Below are positions 26,272-37,717 of a stretch of 64,000 nt of DNA, in pieces. Source of the DNA: Balanoglossus misakiensis (lineage: Eukaryota; Animalia; Hemichordata); assembly GCA_040954595.2 (NCBI GenBank), contig CM082590.2, positions 10,566,088 through 10,630,087 on the forward strand, written 5' to 3'. The notes beneath the pieces are model-generated. The model saw only the letters and a program-made list of their open reading frames with translations, ran no database searches and was not told the DNA's origin. The position numbers were made by a program, and so were the translations under genes. Each line of letters starts with the position of its first letter. The first letter of the stretch is position 1.

Positions 26272-29200
26272 AATGATGATGGTGATGATGATGGTGATGA
26301 TGATGACGATGACGATGATGATGACGATGATATCATATGACAGGTACCAAAGAGACATCGAGCTGGGCAGCAGAGGTTGAGGAGGAAGAGAAGAAAAATG
26401 AAGATGCTGATAAGAAGATCATCAGCTTGGATGATGTTGTCGTGGCAACAGCAAGTGATGATGGAACAGTGAAGATCTGGAAACCATTAGTGGTGAGTGG
26501 GAAGCTAATTTTTGATAACTCACATTATGGAATATTTAAAGGGAAGCACGTCGTCGCGCCGCGGGGGTGTCCCCCTTGATGACAACATGTCCTCCCATAC
26601 CAGCACAAACCCCACTGCAGTTGCCACGACCTACTAGGATCTTCCCTATGAGCGGATGCAACATTTTGTCTCCATTATGAACGGATTAGCATTTTCCATG
26701 TGAAAGTATCAGTACTTTAGAGAGACAACAAATAACTTTCCTTATGCTAATCATAGTTGGGCTTCATCTGACAAAAACATCTTTTACTTGTTTTCAGGGA
26801 AATGAAATAGCCTCTCTAACTGGGCACACTGATCGTGTTCTTGGTGTTGCCATGACAAGAGATGGCCAACAGATCATCACTACATCAATGGATAAAAGCA
26901 TCAAACTTTGGTCTCCAAATGTGAGCCATTTTTTTGTTTATTTTTAAATATACTGGTAATTGTTGAGAGAGAGAGAGAGAGAGATAGGGAGAGAGAAGGG
27001 GGGATAGAGACAGAGAGAGAGGGAGAGATAGCGGATTGTTGGTGTGTCTTGGAAAACGTTTATGGATTATGTTTTGTTATGCGTTATTTGTTATAGACAT
27101 GCAGCACATTTGCAAGTCACGATGCTGAGGTAACCTGTGTTGTGTATTCAACTGATGGCAGTATGGTATTATCTGCGAGCAGGTGAGTTTAGAAAGATGT
27201 GTAGAAACAAGGTGTCATGTAATTGATATCTGTGTAGTGTATTGTATTGTAGTGTATTGTAGTGTAGTGTAGTGTAGTGTAGTGTAGTGTAGTGTAGTGT
27301 AGTGTAGTGTAGTGTAGTGTAGTGTAGTGTAGTATTAGTGTGGTGTGGTGTACAGCTGCATCTGTGAACAAGTAATGATTTCTAGGTAGTGGAAGTGTAT
27401 TCTATGTATTAATGTATCATGTATTGCACCATACAGTGTACTATTTGTATTCTACTGTATTATTTGTTTACTTGATAAAACTGTTCAATCTACAATTCAG
27501 AAATGGCCATCTAGTGATCTGGAAATTCACAGGGACAGGGGAAGGTACTTTGTGTGTTCCAGAAAAACTTGTCTCACAAAAGGTAAGTAGAAGCTGTTGT
27601 AACCCATGTGAAAGTTTTTCAAATGCATTGGGACATTTTCAGTGTTGGTTTGAATCTTGTAAAATACAAGTCGATTATCAACCCATGTTTGGGGGTTTTT
27701 TTTCGAATGAAAAGTTGACAAATTGTTTTTGGTGAAACAAGAGGTCCATCATGATCTGCGCAGCACATACCTGTACATTATTATTATTACTATTACAAAT
27801 AAATCATCATTATGAGAGTATTCTCATCCCAGGGCACAAGGGTACCGTATGTTACTTTAACGATGTCTGTTTTCTAAATTCTAGGTTTCTGAGAAGTCCA
27901 TCAACACGGCAACGTTTTTATCACAATCAAAGTTTTTGACCGGAGGAGATGATGGATCAATAACGACTTGGTTGATTGACAGGACAGATATTACTGGAAG
28001 AACCATCTGGTTTATCAGGTTTGTTGGACCATGAATTCAAATTCTTTGACAAAATTGTTCTATAGCACATATCCTCAAATGTGCTCAAGGCACTTTACAA
28101 TTATCACCATGGTCATTGAACCTATACTTTATTTCCATTCAACCCCTTGGGGACAAACAACAGCTCACATGTCCAGCCGTAAGTTCAGCAGAGCGAAACA
28201 CACACAAATTGCAATCTCTGTCTTACCAGGTACCCGTTACTCCTGGTTGGAGAGAAGCAATGAGAAGTAAAGTTCCTAATATTGAAACTAAACCACATAG
28301 AAGAAGTATTGAAAGGAAAGGTGATGATCATTATTTCTATTTTTGCCGACAGGGAAGTCAGTAAGATTGTAGGAAGTGAACCTGTTACAAGTATTGCTAT
28401 GAATTCCTATCGGAATGAATTCGCCGTGGCAACCTGGAAACCAGAAGTTGTTACCTACAGCACTACAAATAGCAAGTTCATCCGTGCATTCAAAAGGTAT
28501 TCATTTGGCCCTATCTAAGATCCTTATTTTATCTACTCATCTCACTTCATGCCATCTCCTCTCTTGTTGAATTCCATCTCATATATCTCCCGAACAAGGT
28601 GAAATGCACACACAATGTTAGATGCGGTATGTTCTTTTACTAGCAGATCCAGTGTTAAGACTCAGAAAGAGGGGAGATAGGGGAGAGAGAGATGTTGATT
28701 TTATGTATGCCGAGAAGTCAGCATAATAGTTATAATATGTGATATTTTTACCTCTTCTTTAGCACACTCCCTGACTGGATTTTAAAAGTCAACTATGCAT
28801 CGAATTTCTCCACCTTAGTTGCTATAGGAACAAACGGACACATGGAATTATTTCAGGTAAGATGTTTATAATTCTTGTCTAACTGTCTACGGCATGTTCT
28901 AAAATGCCTGCTCTTCATCTGGTTAAAAGGAAATCAGCTGTAATTTTTGGCTTTATTTCTATAGTGGCCAGTCAAGAGACTTGCCTAAACTGGTCTTTAT
29001 AGACAGGTGGCCTTTATAGACAGGTCAATAAGTGCACTGTTTAAATTGCACAGGAAGTGTAGCAAAGTGATAGAGGTGGCCGCAGTCTTGACTGTACAAC
29101 CATAGCAAACTGGAAAATTGAGTGAAAAGTTCAGGTACTTGCAGAAGTCGTTTTAACCTGAATGTTTTATCTTTAATAGAAGACTGGCCGGGAAAATGTC

Positions 29201-30215
29201 AAAATGGACCAAAGTGTGGACTCTGAGAAACCAAAGTGGTTGCACAGTGTGGAGAGTGTGAATCTATCTGATGGTGATCTATCTAGCATTTGTGGAAGTG
29301 GTTACGGGTCTGCTATTATCACTGGAGATTCCAATGGCTGTGTTAGTGTTTATCATCTTGAAGACAAGAGGGTATGCTACCACAAGAAGGTCAGTGGTCA
29401 TTTGTATTAGACTGGGGTCTGTGGGCAACAGTGTTTTTGTTAAAGGGCAGTGCCTGGTTAAATATTACCAGGGTTAATCAATACTGTCATGATTATTGGT
29501 AGCAGAAGTGTAACCAGGGTTCCCAAATTAAATCATTTACTTGCTTCTGAAGTTGTATTATTCAAAATGTCCAGACAAATCAACATGTGCTTGTTTCATT
29601 TTTCAGATTCACAGTGATCAAATCTCAGGCATCGCAGTGTCCAATGGTATCATAGCAACATCATCACATGATTCAACACTCAAAATCTGGAAAAGCAATG
29701 ATTTCACTCAGGTAAGTGTTGCCTAAACAAATTTCATGTTTTTCATTTCATGACTATCGGTATATTCCACCGATCAGCATACCAGTAGCAGGTTTTTTTT
29801 CACCAGTTGTTAAATGAAATTTTGAACAAAAATGCTATAAGTACAAATGAGAGTATAGCAGATATACAATGTTATAGAAAGTTGATGGTATTAGTTTTGT
29901 AGGGCTGGGGGTATAGATTGCCATTAAATTATTTTTGCGTGACCAAAACGCCAAGCTTGTGAATGTCGCAACAAAAACCACAAACAGTTTTGCAAAGTTT
30001 GCCACAAGGCTCTAGCATTGTTTCCAATACATGGCATGGCATCAATTAGAAGTTTTACAGTATTAATTGTTTTCCTATTGATCTCTCTACAGATTGGCCA
30101 ATTCTTCTGTCAATCACCAGTGACCAGTCTAGCAAGGTCCCCCAAAACTGCCAGTAATAAGTTCATCTGTGGGGATACCTTAGGTAACCTGTATTTCTTA
30201 CAGTGGCAGGCCTGA
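5769..30215 (+). CDS. TEP1: Telomerase protein component 1 / vault-associated TEP1 (about 50 exons)
   Basis: Exon 1 (ATG GGA TCT AG, 5769-5779) splices in frame to 6828-7623. TROVE: [55 protein letters not shown]. vWA-like: LIILSDG. DUF4062: [34 protein letters not shown]: P-loop GKAGSGKS, Walker [14 protein letters not shown]. Many WD40 exons (GH...WD). Last exon 30093-30215 ends FLQWQA*. GT-AG introns wherever checked. Confidence 0.96.
8471..8770 (+). repeat. 31-bp minisatellite (~10 units) overlapping the TEP1 exon 4 splice donor
   Basis: Unit TCTTGTGAGTATCTCATTGGGTTAATTCAAA. GTGAGT at 8475, 8536, 8567, 8598, 8629, 8660, 8691, 8722 and 8753; GCGAGT at 8505. Confidence 0.95.
9885..10021. 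mobile_element. TA-flanked MITE family (CAGT..AACCTGTCTATAGTGGCC termini), reverse copy
   Basis: Ends GGCCACTATAGACAGGTTCGACTG-TA; reverse complement of the 17600 copy. Confidence 0.7.
10296..10572. repeat. (AG)n/(AGAC)n degenerate microsatellite
   Basis: Directly visible purine-rich tract in a TEP1 intron. Confidence 0.9.
12141..12410 (-). mobile_element. tRNA-derived SINE with CORE-like central domain
   Basis: Minus strand: A-box-like TAGTCCAGTGG and B-box-like GGTTTGAGCC, then GTGTCCTTTGAGCAAAGCACTTTAC..., which resembles the MIR/CORE domain. A second copy lies at ~28055-28275. Confidence 0.75.
12870..13022. mobile_element. Short inverted-repeat element (CATTAGCTGTA...TACAGCTAATG family)
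   Basis: Imperfect inverted arms. Fragments of the same family near 6760-6805, 28935, 40610, 41895, 46550-46660, 48455 and 63165-63215. Confidence 0.65.
13704..13798. mobile_element. piggyBac-type MITE (TTAA-CCCTTT...AAAGGG-TTAA)
   Basis: TTAA on both sides, CCC/GGG termini, 95 bp. Related copies at ~6390-6451, 20429-20522, 44035-44129 and a partial at 61424. Confidence 0.85.
17600..17780. mobile_element. Tc1/mariner-type TA-flanked MITE
   Basis: TA-CAGTTGAACCTGTCTATAGTGGCC ... GGCCACTAACAGAGGTTTGACTA-TA. Related or partial copies at 13335-13478, 16157-16260, 21455-21532, 28960-29096 and 33577-33700. Confidence 0.8.
22085..22352 (-). mobile_element. L2-clade LINE 3' fragment
   Basis: Translation [36 protein letters not shown] matches the typical C-terminus of L2-clade ORF2, followed by a short (GATT)n-like tail. 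Confidence 0.8.
24645..24856. mobile_element. 212-bp TA-flanked MITE with (TTCGCGA)-rich arms
   Basis: TACTGTAAAACACTTTATTTTCGCGAG ... CTCGCGAAAATAAAGTATTTTACAGTA; near-identical copy at 39380-39591. Confidence 0.9.
25576..25722. repeat. Compound tetranucleotide microsatellite (GATA/GATG/GACG/GACA)
   Basis: Directly visible. Confidence 0.92.
26196..26330. repeat. (GAT)n microsatellite
   Basis: Directly visible; ends about 13 nt before the TEP1 acceptor at 26343. Confidence 0.95.
27231..27333. repeat. (TGTAG)n pentanucleotide microsatellite
   Basis: Directly visible. Confidence 0.95.
28055..28275 (-). mobile_element. 5'-truncated SINE copy with L2-like 3' tail
   Basis: Aligns with 12141-12310. 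Minus-strand tail TGTAAAGTGCCTTGAGCAC...GTGCTATAG resembles L2 tails. Confidence 0.7.
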
Positions 30216-30522
30216 AGAAAACTATTTTTGTATCATGAGGAAATTTAGTGTCGACTTATTTAAACAACCAAATACTGCAATATCTGTTTTTTGGCCAAGT
30301 CGCATCTCATGAGGCAACCACTCTGTTAAAAACTGTCCGCTCCGAAATCCAACTTTGTTATCTTAATGGGTGATGACATGAGCAACTTAAGTCCCATCAT
30401 TTTTATTTACTGTCAGTGTTAACAAATAAATAAATTGGTTGCAACCAGAATATGGCTGCATTCATCCAACCACAAATGTTGTGGTCTATGACATGTGCAC
30501 ATGGTTTAGACAGACAAGGAAG

Positions 30523-30822
30523 ACTGTATTAGAAATTAGTGTTGGAAAATAGGATATACAACAGTAGATTTCATCTTTTATAATAATACAATTTATGTAT
30601 AATTTCTCTTGTATAATTTCTCTTTTAATTATACAATTTATGTACTATAATTTCTCTTATGTTATAATCATACTGTATTAGAAATTAGTGTTGGAAAATA
30701 GGATATACCGGTAGTAGATTTCATCTTTTATAATTATACAATTTATGTATAATTTCTCTTATAATTATACAATTTATGTACTATAATTTCTCTTATAATC
30801 ATACAATTTATATATAATTTCT
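30523..30822. repeat. ~150-bp tandem duplication with internal TATAATTTCTCTT repeats, downstream of the TEP1 stop
   Basis: ACTGTATTAGAAATTAGTGTTGGAAAATAGGATATAC at 30522 and 30672. Confidence 0.85.
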
Positions 30823-31944
30823 TTGAGAGGAATGGACACGAGAATAACTAAATTGATCATGCTTGGTCCAGCTGTGTACCCAGATTCATTTTATTTTAAT
30901 ATTCATCATGTGCTCGTAAAATTGTATTTGCAAAATTTAAATACTGTAACTTGGGAAATTTTCTTGACAATTAATTTTCAAATCCTCTTTTCTCCGAAAA
31001 ACATTCTATTGTACACTATTTATTGTGCAACTATTTGTACAATGTGTGTGTTGTGGAAACCTCAAATAAAGAAGTTATTATTATTAGCAATGGTTTATAG
31101 CCAGGCAAAGTGCAGTGTGTGTATTAAACTAATATTACAAGTATGTATCATATGATACAAGCATTTTTTGTGACTATTGGTATTTTCCTCTAAAACTGAA
31201 ATATGGATTTATCTGCCTTTTATATAGGCTTATCAATAATTGTCATTAAATTATATATTTTTTGTTATAATTAATATAGTTTTTCTTTACTGAATCAATC
31301 TTGGTACAGACTTCTCTTACAAGTTTATTTCATCTTGAAATGTAAATTGATCATTTTTCATACCTCTTGTTTTGGTTCTTCAATAAATGTTATTATAAAT
31401 TATATATTTTGTTGGAAAATTGGTTTTTCTTTACTGAATTGATCTTTGGTAAATACAGATATCGATTATATTGAGAAAGCTGGAAAACTCACTTCTACTA
31501 TTTTCATTTTCATGAAATTTAACACATAGCTCAGGTTTACGCACTACCATATATGGCATGAGAAAAAGGATAAAGTTAGATTTTAGTCACCGGTTTTGCC
31601 TGAGACCTGAGCTATCCGACAAGCTGGTGTTGGAAAGCGGTATAGTGGATACAACACATCACTCACAGAGTTGTATAGTACCTGCCGTATTTTGTAACTG
31701 ATCAAATTGATCTATAACTAAATATGCGCATAAAACAGATGGCGTATTGCAGAAAGAAAATATAGACTCTGTCCGATACCACACGGTCATAATTTTATTT
31801 ATTCGTCCCCCCCCACCCACCCACCCACCCACCCACCCATCAAGTAATATGGACCGTCCCTCTTTAGAATTCTGCGCCAATAAGTTCAGCCTGTTGCATG
31901 TACGTGTGTTTATTTCAAGAAGGGAACTCGACAGAGCGACAGCA

Positions 31945-34900
31945 ATGGCAAACAGGCGGATGATTTTCACCATTTTCACAATTTTCGGAAGTTTCACCAT
32001 AGGCTTTATGCTAGCTAACATAGCAACAGTACATAATCACGACCTTGACATTAACACCACTATTCAGCGGAAGAAACTGAAGATATCTCAAGCCAATAAC
32101 GAGTAAGTAACTGTCATTGCAATATGTTCTACCAAGACCATTTGAAGTCATCAAAAGCAAATAGTACTAGACTGAAATTATTGGTTCCTCATGTGCTTGT
32201 GTTTATTGCTCACCCTATAAAAAAACTTTGCTGAAATGAGACCGAAATTAACAGTGAGGAAAATTTAATAGATTGATTTGTTAAAACATGTACGAATGTA
32301 TTTCTTTATGTAAAAATATGATTGGAATTATTTTGGGATAATTGTATGTGGAACAATTGATGGTCTGTACACTCAGTACACTAACTCAGTACGCAACCAG
32401 ATCCAGAAAAAAGTAATTGATACTAGTAACTATATCCTGCGTTTGTAGCATTAAAACAGTTTGGTGTTATTTTTAGGTGGAATAAATTGAACTGCGGGAT
32501 ATGTTCCCCTCTACTAAACATATGGTCTCCACAACTCTAATCCTCACATCACATCTTTCGTATGAAAATTTTTGTTGTTCTGATTATTTACCAACATTGT
32601 GACTTGCATAGATACAAGTATCTCTTACCATACCCCTCTTTTTTCGTATAATTTAACCAAACTTTCTTCCAAGTTGGGGGAAATAACCCTGACTTTATAA
32701 CCTACTCATATTAAATTATATTCAACACATTTTTTTAGTGCATGCACTCAGAAACAAAAGCAATCTGATACATATGGTCGCGCCTCATTTTTATTCAGTG
32801 TCTGGACCATAGCCCTAACCATCTGTTACCGTGGTGAAAATTCTCATTGACAGTGAATATATTTAATTTTATACTTTATTTTTAGTTTTAATCATATTAA
32901 AACAATAAATCCGGCTTCCAATAAAAATGCAAGCGGTGCGAATAAAATGGTAACACCTGTAATGACCAGTCACCATTTTTTCGGTGAAGAACAGGGATGC
33001 TTGCATTTTGATAAAAATAATTCAAATACACATATGGTGTAACTGGTGCCGAATAATATTAAATTAAAATTCTGATGGGAGTTTTGGCACAAAATGAGGC
33101 TTGTAACACGCTTCTTTGTTTTCTAAATAGTGTAACCCAAACTTTTACTTTTAGGAATCGGAAGCCAAGAAAAATATTATTAGATTGTGGGGCCAATGTT
33201 GCTTCAACTGTCAATCTCTTTCGAGAAACATATCCGGATGCAGACGATTATATAATTCACTCGTTTGAGATAGATGCGGGGCTAGCGCCTTATTTTGCTT
33301 ACTTCAACGACAAAGGTCATCATCTCCACTGTCCTGTTGGTGTTGCTGATAAAAACGGTAAGTTTCAATGTTGACGAAAGCATTTCTGTAGTTGCAAACA
33401 AAAGATCGTTTCTGTGTACACGGAACTGTTTATCAGAGAAACAAGCATCCAGTTGTGTAGAACACACGTCTTTTAAAAGAGTCCTTTTATCATGGCTTAA
33501 TGGAAAAGAGGAAGAAAAAAGTGATTGATTGAAGAAAGAAACAAAGTGTCCAGAACGCACACACCTCCAGCTATGGTACAGTCAAACCTGTCTACAGTGG
33601 CCAGTCAAGGGACTTTCCTAAACTAGTATTTAGAGATAGATAGGTAAAGAATTAAGTGGCCACTATATAGAGGTGGCCATTACATATAGGTTTGACTGTG
33701 AAGAATCGAACTTTGTACAAAGTATTGCGTTGCACACATTAGTTCTTTCTTTCAGGATGTCCGAAAGATCAATTTACTTGAATCTACAGCAACTTTGAAA
33801 CTGCCCCCTCACCTTCACTTCATACAGACTTTGACAAAGGAACTTTCCATAAAATCCAACTTTCAAACATACTTTGAGACTGGAGAAAAGACATCCCAGA
33901 CGTCCTACGACACATGATTTTGTACAAAATGTAATTGCACTCAGAATGTATGCTTTAATTATTTAACAGTCCTACTGTAACAATGTGCAGCTCTGTCCCT
34001 CCAAAAATTGTTCGAAAGCTACCCGTCATGTCACGGACATACGGAGACTAATTTGATAATTTGTGTGACAGGATCCATGACTGCATACAACGAGGGACCA
34101 TGGTACCCCAACAAAATGAACAACAATAAAGACATGCAGTGGGGCGGCGGAACTTTATTTGTCAGCAGTCAGGAAGGTGTGGATAAAAAAGATGGCGGAC
34201 AACGAAAACTGTCCCGGCATGACGTCATCCCCATCATCGACCTGTCGTCATGGATACAGAAGAACGTGAACAAGGACGATTACGTGATCTTCAAACTGGA
34301 CGTTGAGGGCGCTGAATACGGCATTCTTAAGAAGATGTTACAAGATGGAACATTCGCCTGGATTGACAAGTAAAGTTCTATCATACTAATATGTTTTTTA
34401 AAGTATTAACTCTTTGTTTCGTAGTTATTACATTAACCTACCTTGAGATGACATTCAGTTCTGTTCCGTTCAATGCTGATCAGTTCAGGTCAGATTCAGG
34501 TCATTTCAGATCTCGTCTGTTTGTCTCTTAAAGGTTTTACGGTGAATATCACCCAGGGCAACCAACTGGGGAAACAAAGGAAGAAAAACTAAGAATCACA
34601 AAAGATGTTGCCGAGAAAATGTCTAGGATCACTGAATGGTCGGCAGAGAGGAAACGTTATGAAGACTTTGATATTATCAATGCACCAAAGGTAAAGAGTA
34701 AGGGGAGAAGTTCCATTTGATTTCTTGGGAGAGGGTCTGAAGAAATAATTTGTTGGCAGATGGTGCAGAGTAAAACAAATTCTTCTGCAATGTCTTGAAG
34801 AAAATGATGGAATGGCAATCGAAAAGAAAATTGCTGACGTAATATATGATCCAAATCTTCCACACACACACACCCCCTGAAATCAAATGACAATCTCCTA

Positions 34901-36000
34901 TAATGTCTCATAGTGCATATTAGCTACATATGGTGTGTCAATTAATAGGTCTGGGAGACTGCCCATTAACCCACTGCCCTGGCAACCTGTAAAAATTTAT
35001 CTCTGATTGTGTTTTTTTTTTCCCAGATTCCAAATGACACGCCTGGCGAAGTAGGAAAAATCATCAACAGCTGTGGTGAAAAACATGGAAAGCCAGTCGT
35101 GTCTGTTGTCATAGAAATCGGCATGAACGCTAAAAGGGCGCGGAAGTTGATCAGTACAATAGGGGCATACCCAATTGATGTTCCACTGACGCTGTTTGTG
35201 TTTGGCGACTTCGCGGAAGAATATCCAGAACTTGTCAAAGAGTGGAGTGAAAAATATGAGATAGGGATTCGGTGTGATGGACCCATGTCTCCTGGGCATT
35301 GGGAAAATCAGTACGACAATGCGATCAGATTTTCAGTTGTGAGCGCAGAGAGAAGACTGTCAGATATTGGACTCCAGGCTCACTATATTCTCCCTCCTGC
35401 GACGAGTCCGACTGTTTCAGATGTCATAACTAAACGGAAATTACGCCTTATACAACCAACTATAGCCTTCCCTCCTGAAGGTAAATAATGTTTCCAATGG
35501 TACATGGATGAACAGATGAAATGCATGAATCAATCAATCAGCCGGCCAATCAATCAATATGTTATGGACAAATGAATGAATGAATGAATGAGTGAATGAA
35601 TGAATGAATGAATGAATGAATGAATGAATGAAGGAAGGAAGGAAGGAAGGAAGGAAGGAAGGAAGGAAGGAAGGAAAGAACCTGTGATTTCGGTTAGAGT
35701 TGATTGATACTATATGAAAATCAACTGTTATGCCATAACTGCATCTAACAATAACTCCACACGTTTCTTTCAGACCCTGCATGGCCAAAACTTACATTTG
35801 AAAATTACCACAAGTTCCGTGAAGTTGAGAAAGTTCCCAAGGCGCTGAAGATAATCCATGATGGTTTACGCAAATCTGGAGGCATTTTGAGTTTGGACTC
35901 AGACTTCAATGACAATTATATGATATCTGTGTTTCTCTTGGATTACCTTGATCAAACGTCTGGTTTTTCCATTCAAAAGTTATCTGAATGTATACAATAG
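31945..36000 (+). CDS. Type II membrane FkbM/Methyltransf_21-like SAM methyltransferase fused to a degenerate polysaccharide-deacetylase (CE4/NodB)-like domain; 6 exons
   Basis: Exons 31945-32102, 33155-33357, 34072-34369, 34534-34690, 35027-35480 and 35774-36000 join in frame. N-terminal signal anchor IFTIFTIFGSFTIGFMLA. FkbM-type motifs LLDCGAN, HSFEID, IDLSSWI, KLDVEGAEY, YGEYH. C-terminal LTLFVFGDFAEEYPELVKEW..YEIG, GGILSLD and GFSIQKLSE resemble NodB-fold motifs. Confidence 0.82.
33577..33700. mobile_element. TA-flanked MITE (same family as 17600), internally deleted
   Basis: TA-CAGTCAAACCTGTCTACAGTGGCC ... AGGTTTGACTG. Confidence 0.75.
35570..35676. repeat. (TGAA)n(GGAA)n microsatellite
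   Basis: Directly visible. Confidence 0.92.
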
Positions 36001-37261
36001 CAAAGCTTAGTATATGTTCTTGTTAACATATTAGGGACATCTTGGAATTACCAGTGAGCTTTTGTTTCTTTAAGAGGACACAAGGACAAGGTGCAATAAC
36101 ATCTAGACATCAACTTTGATGTGAAGAATATTTTCAGCATGTTTTTAAAATAGTTGCATCAATTTCCGTTGAAGCCCCAATAGCTGTCACTTCTTAGATA
36201 AGTTTCATTCAAACTAATAGACTGGTTCATTTTAATAAGCCTACTGATGGGTAATGCCATGCCCAAGGCTTCATACCGTATGCATAGCTGGGCTTGTGAA
36301 AAGGGAGCAATTCAGGGCCACAAGTTATTTCAGTCATCCGCATTAATTAGTCTTGACTGAAAGGGTGCTAAAGTGACCTCAAAGTAGTCACATATAAATG
36401 CATTTAGACATTTCGCACATACCACCAAACTTAAAAAGACATAAAAAGTCTACTCTGATATTAAAGAGCGATATGTGACATTAGAAGAACCCCCGTTGCA
36501 CTCTCTAATTTCATGAGAACATCGCCACCAACATTAGAAACTTGAAAACAAGTAGGCAGGACAAAATTTACAAGAACTGCCACAGAGGGGGATATGATTT
36601 AATATGATGTGTGTGTGTATTACTGGCAAATGAGATACTGAGCATTTAATTATAAATAAATAAATTAATACATCAACATCAGTTTCAGATGCCAAGATAT
36701 TGCCAACTTATACCTTTGCAGCTACGGTATAGATATGGTGAAAAAAAACAGGATGGAAACGTCCTTGTTTTATTTACAGGTTGATCTTCTTGATGTTCAA
36801 TGATATGAAAAATCAGGAAAATGACAATATTTATAATGATGAGTACAGGCCACTAAAATACCACAAAGTGGTCTTGGTTTGTGAGCATTTTAAAGATGAA
36901 ATCATTTTTATAAGTATGTAACAAGATATCGCTATCGTGACAACCACCCTCAAGATACGAACTCGTGCATTTCCTTTCAAATTGGGAATAAAGTTGAGAT
37001 TTAAGAATATCTGAAATCATTAGTAAAGATACTCGACTCCCCAGACTATTACCAAAACAAATTTGCCTTTGGCGATGAGAAACATATATCTGAGATCTTA
37101 TTTCTATATAATGAACACAAGAAATGGTACTATGGTAGGCCTACTGGAGTGAAAACCATAAAAGGCATCAGAACTGTGCTGAGTTTGGTTCTAAGCATTT
37201 GTTAAACATTATCTGTCGGTATTTTCTTGATGTGTGTGTGAGTGTGTATGCAGCTAGTTTA

Positions 37262-37310
37262 GTCTCCTGATGAGTGAGTCCAGTGACTCACGAAACAACG
37301 CTGTAGAGAT
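37262..37310 (+). ncRNA. Minimal type I hammerhead ribozyme (Penelope-like element remnant)
   Basis: GTCTC-CTGATGA-GTGAGTC(CAGT)GACTCAC-GAAA-CAACGCTG-TA-GAGAT. Complete core, perfect 7-bp stem II, GUA cleavage triplet. Confidence 0.88.
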
Positions 37311-37423
37311 CATACCGACTATCGTTTCTCCAGCTAGCCTTACTGTACGTATGTATAATCAAGTCTGCCAAGTCGTGCCAAGTATACGGCATGTTGCCAT
37401 GGAAGTTATATGACGTTTTTGTT

Positions 37424-37616
37424 GTAGACATCCTCAGTAATATGCAAAGAAGATACGTAAACAACTTGGCCAATAGACATTCGCAGTTTGTGCCATAGAT
37501 GGAGACATCCTCATTAACTATGCAAAGAAGGTATGAATAAAACTTTTTCTGAGAACATTCGCATTAATGCAAATTAGATGGCTGGTAGATGGAGACGCCC
37601 TTATTAATATGCAAAG
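37424..37616 (+). promoter_or_regulatory. Cluster of four octamer/POU-like sites in three imperfect repeats upstream of the GPCR
   Basis: TAATATGCAAA (37438), ATTAACTATGCAAA (37513), perfect ATGCAAAT (37567), ATTAATATGCAAA (37603). Three of them follow AGAC(A/G)(T/C)CCT. Confidence 0.5.
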
Positions 37617-37717
37617 GTTGATCAGAACTCAATTAGAGTCAACATTAGACATTTTGTCAGAACTGCGCACAAGTGGTACAAGAGAACAACTTCAATCGAC
37701 GCACTCCATCTACAACC

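Noticed and set aside
31526-31616. TAGCTCAGG A-box-like start of a Pol III RNA downstream of TEP1
   Set aside because: It is one arm of an 11-bp inverted repeat (ATAGCTCAGGT...ACCTGAGCTAT), with no B box or terminator in the right place.
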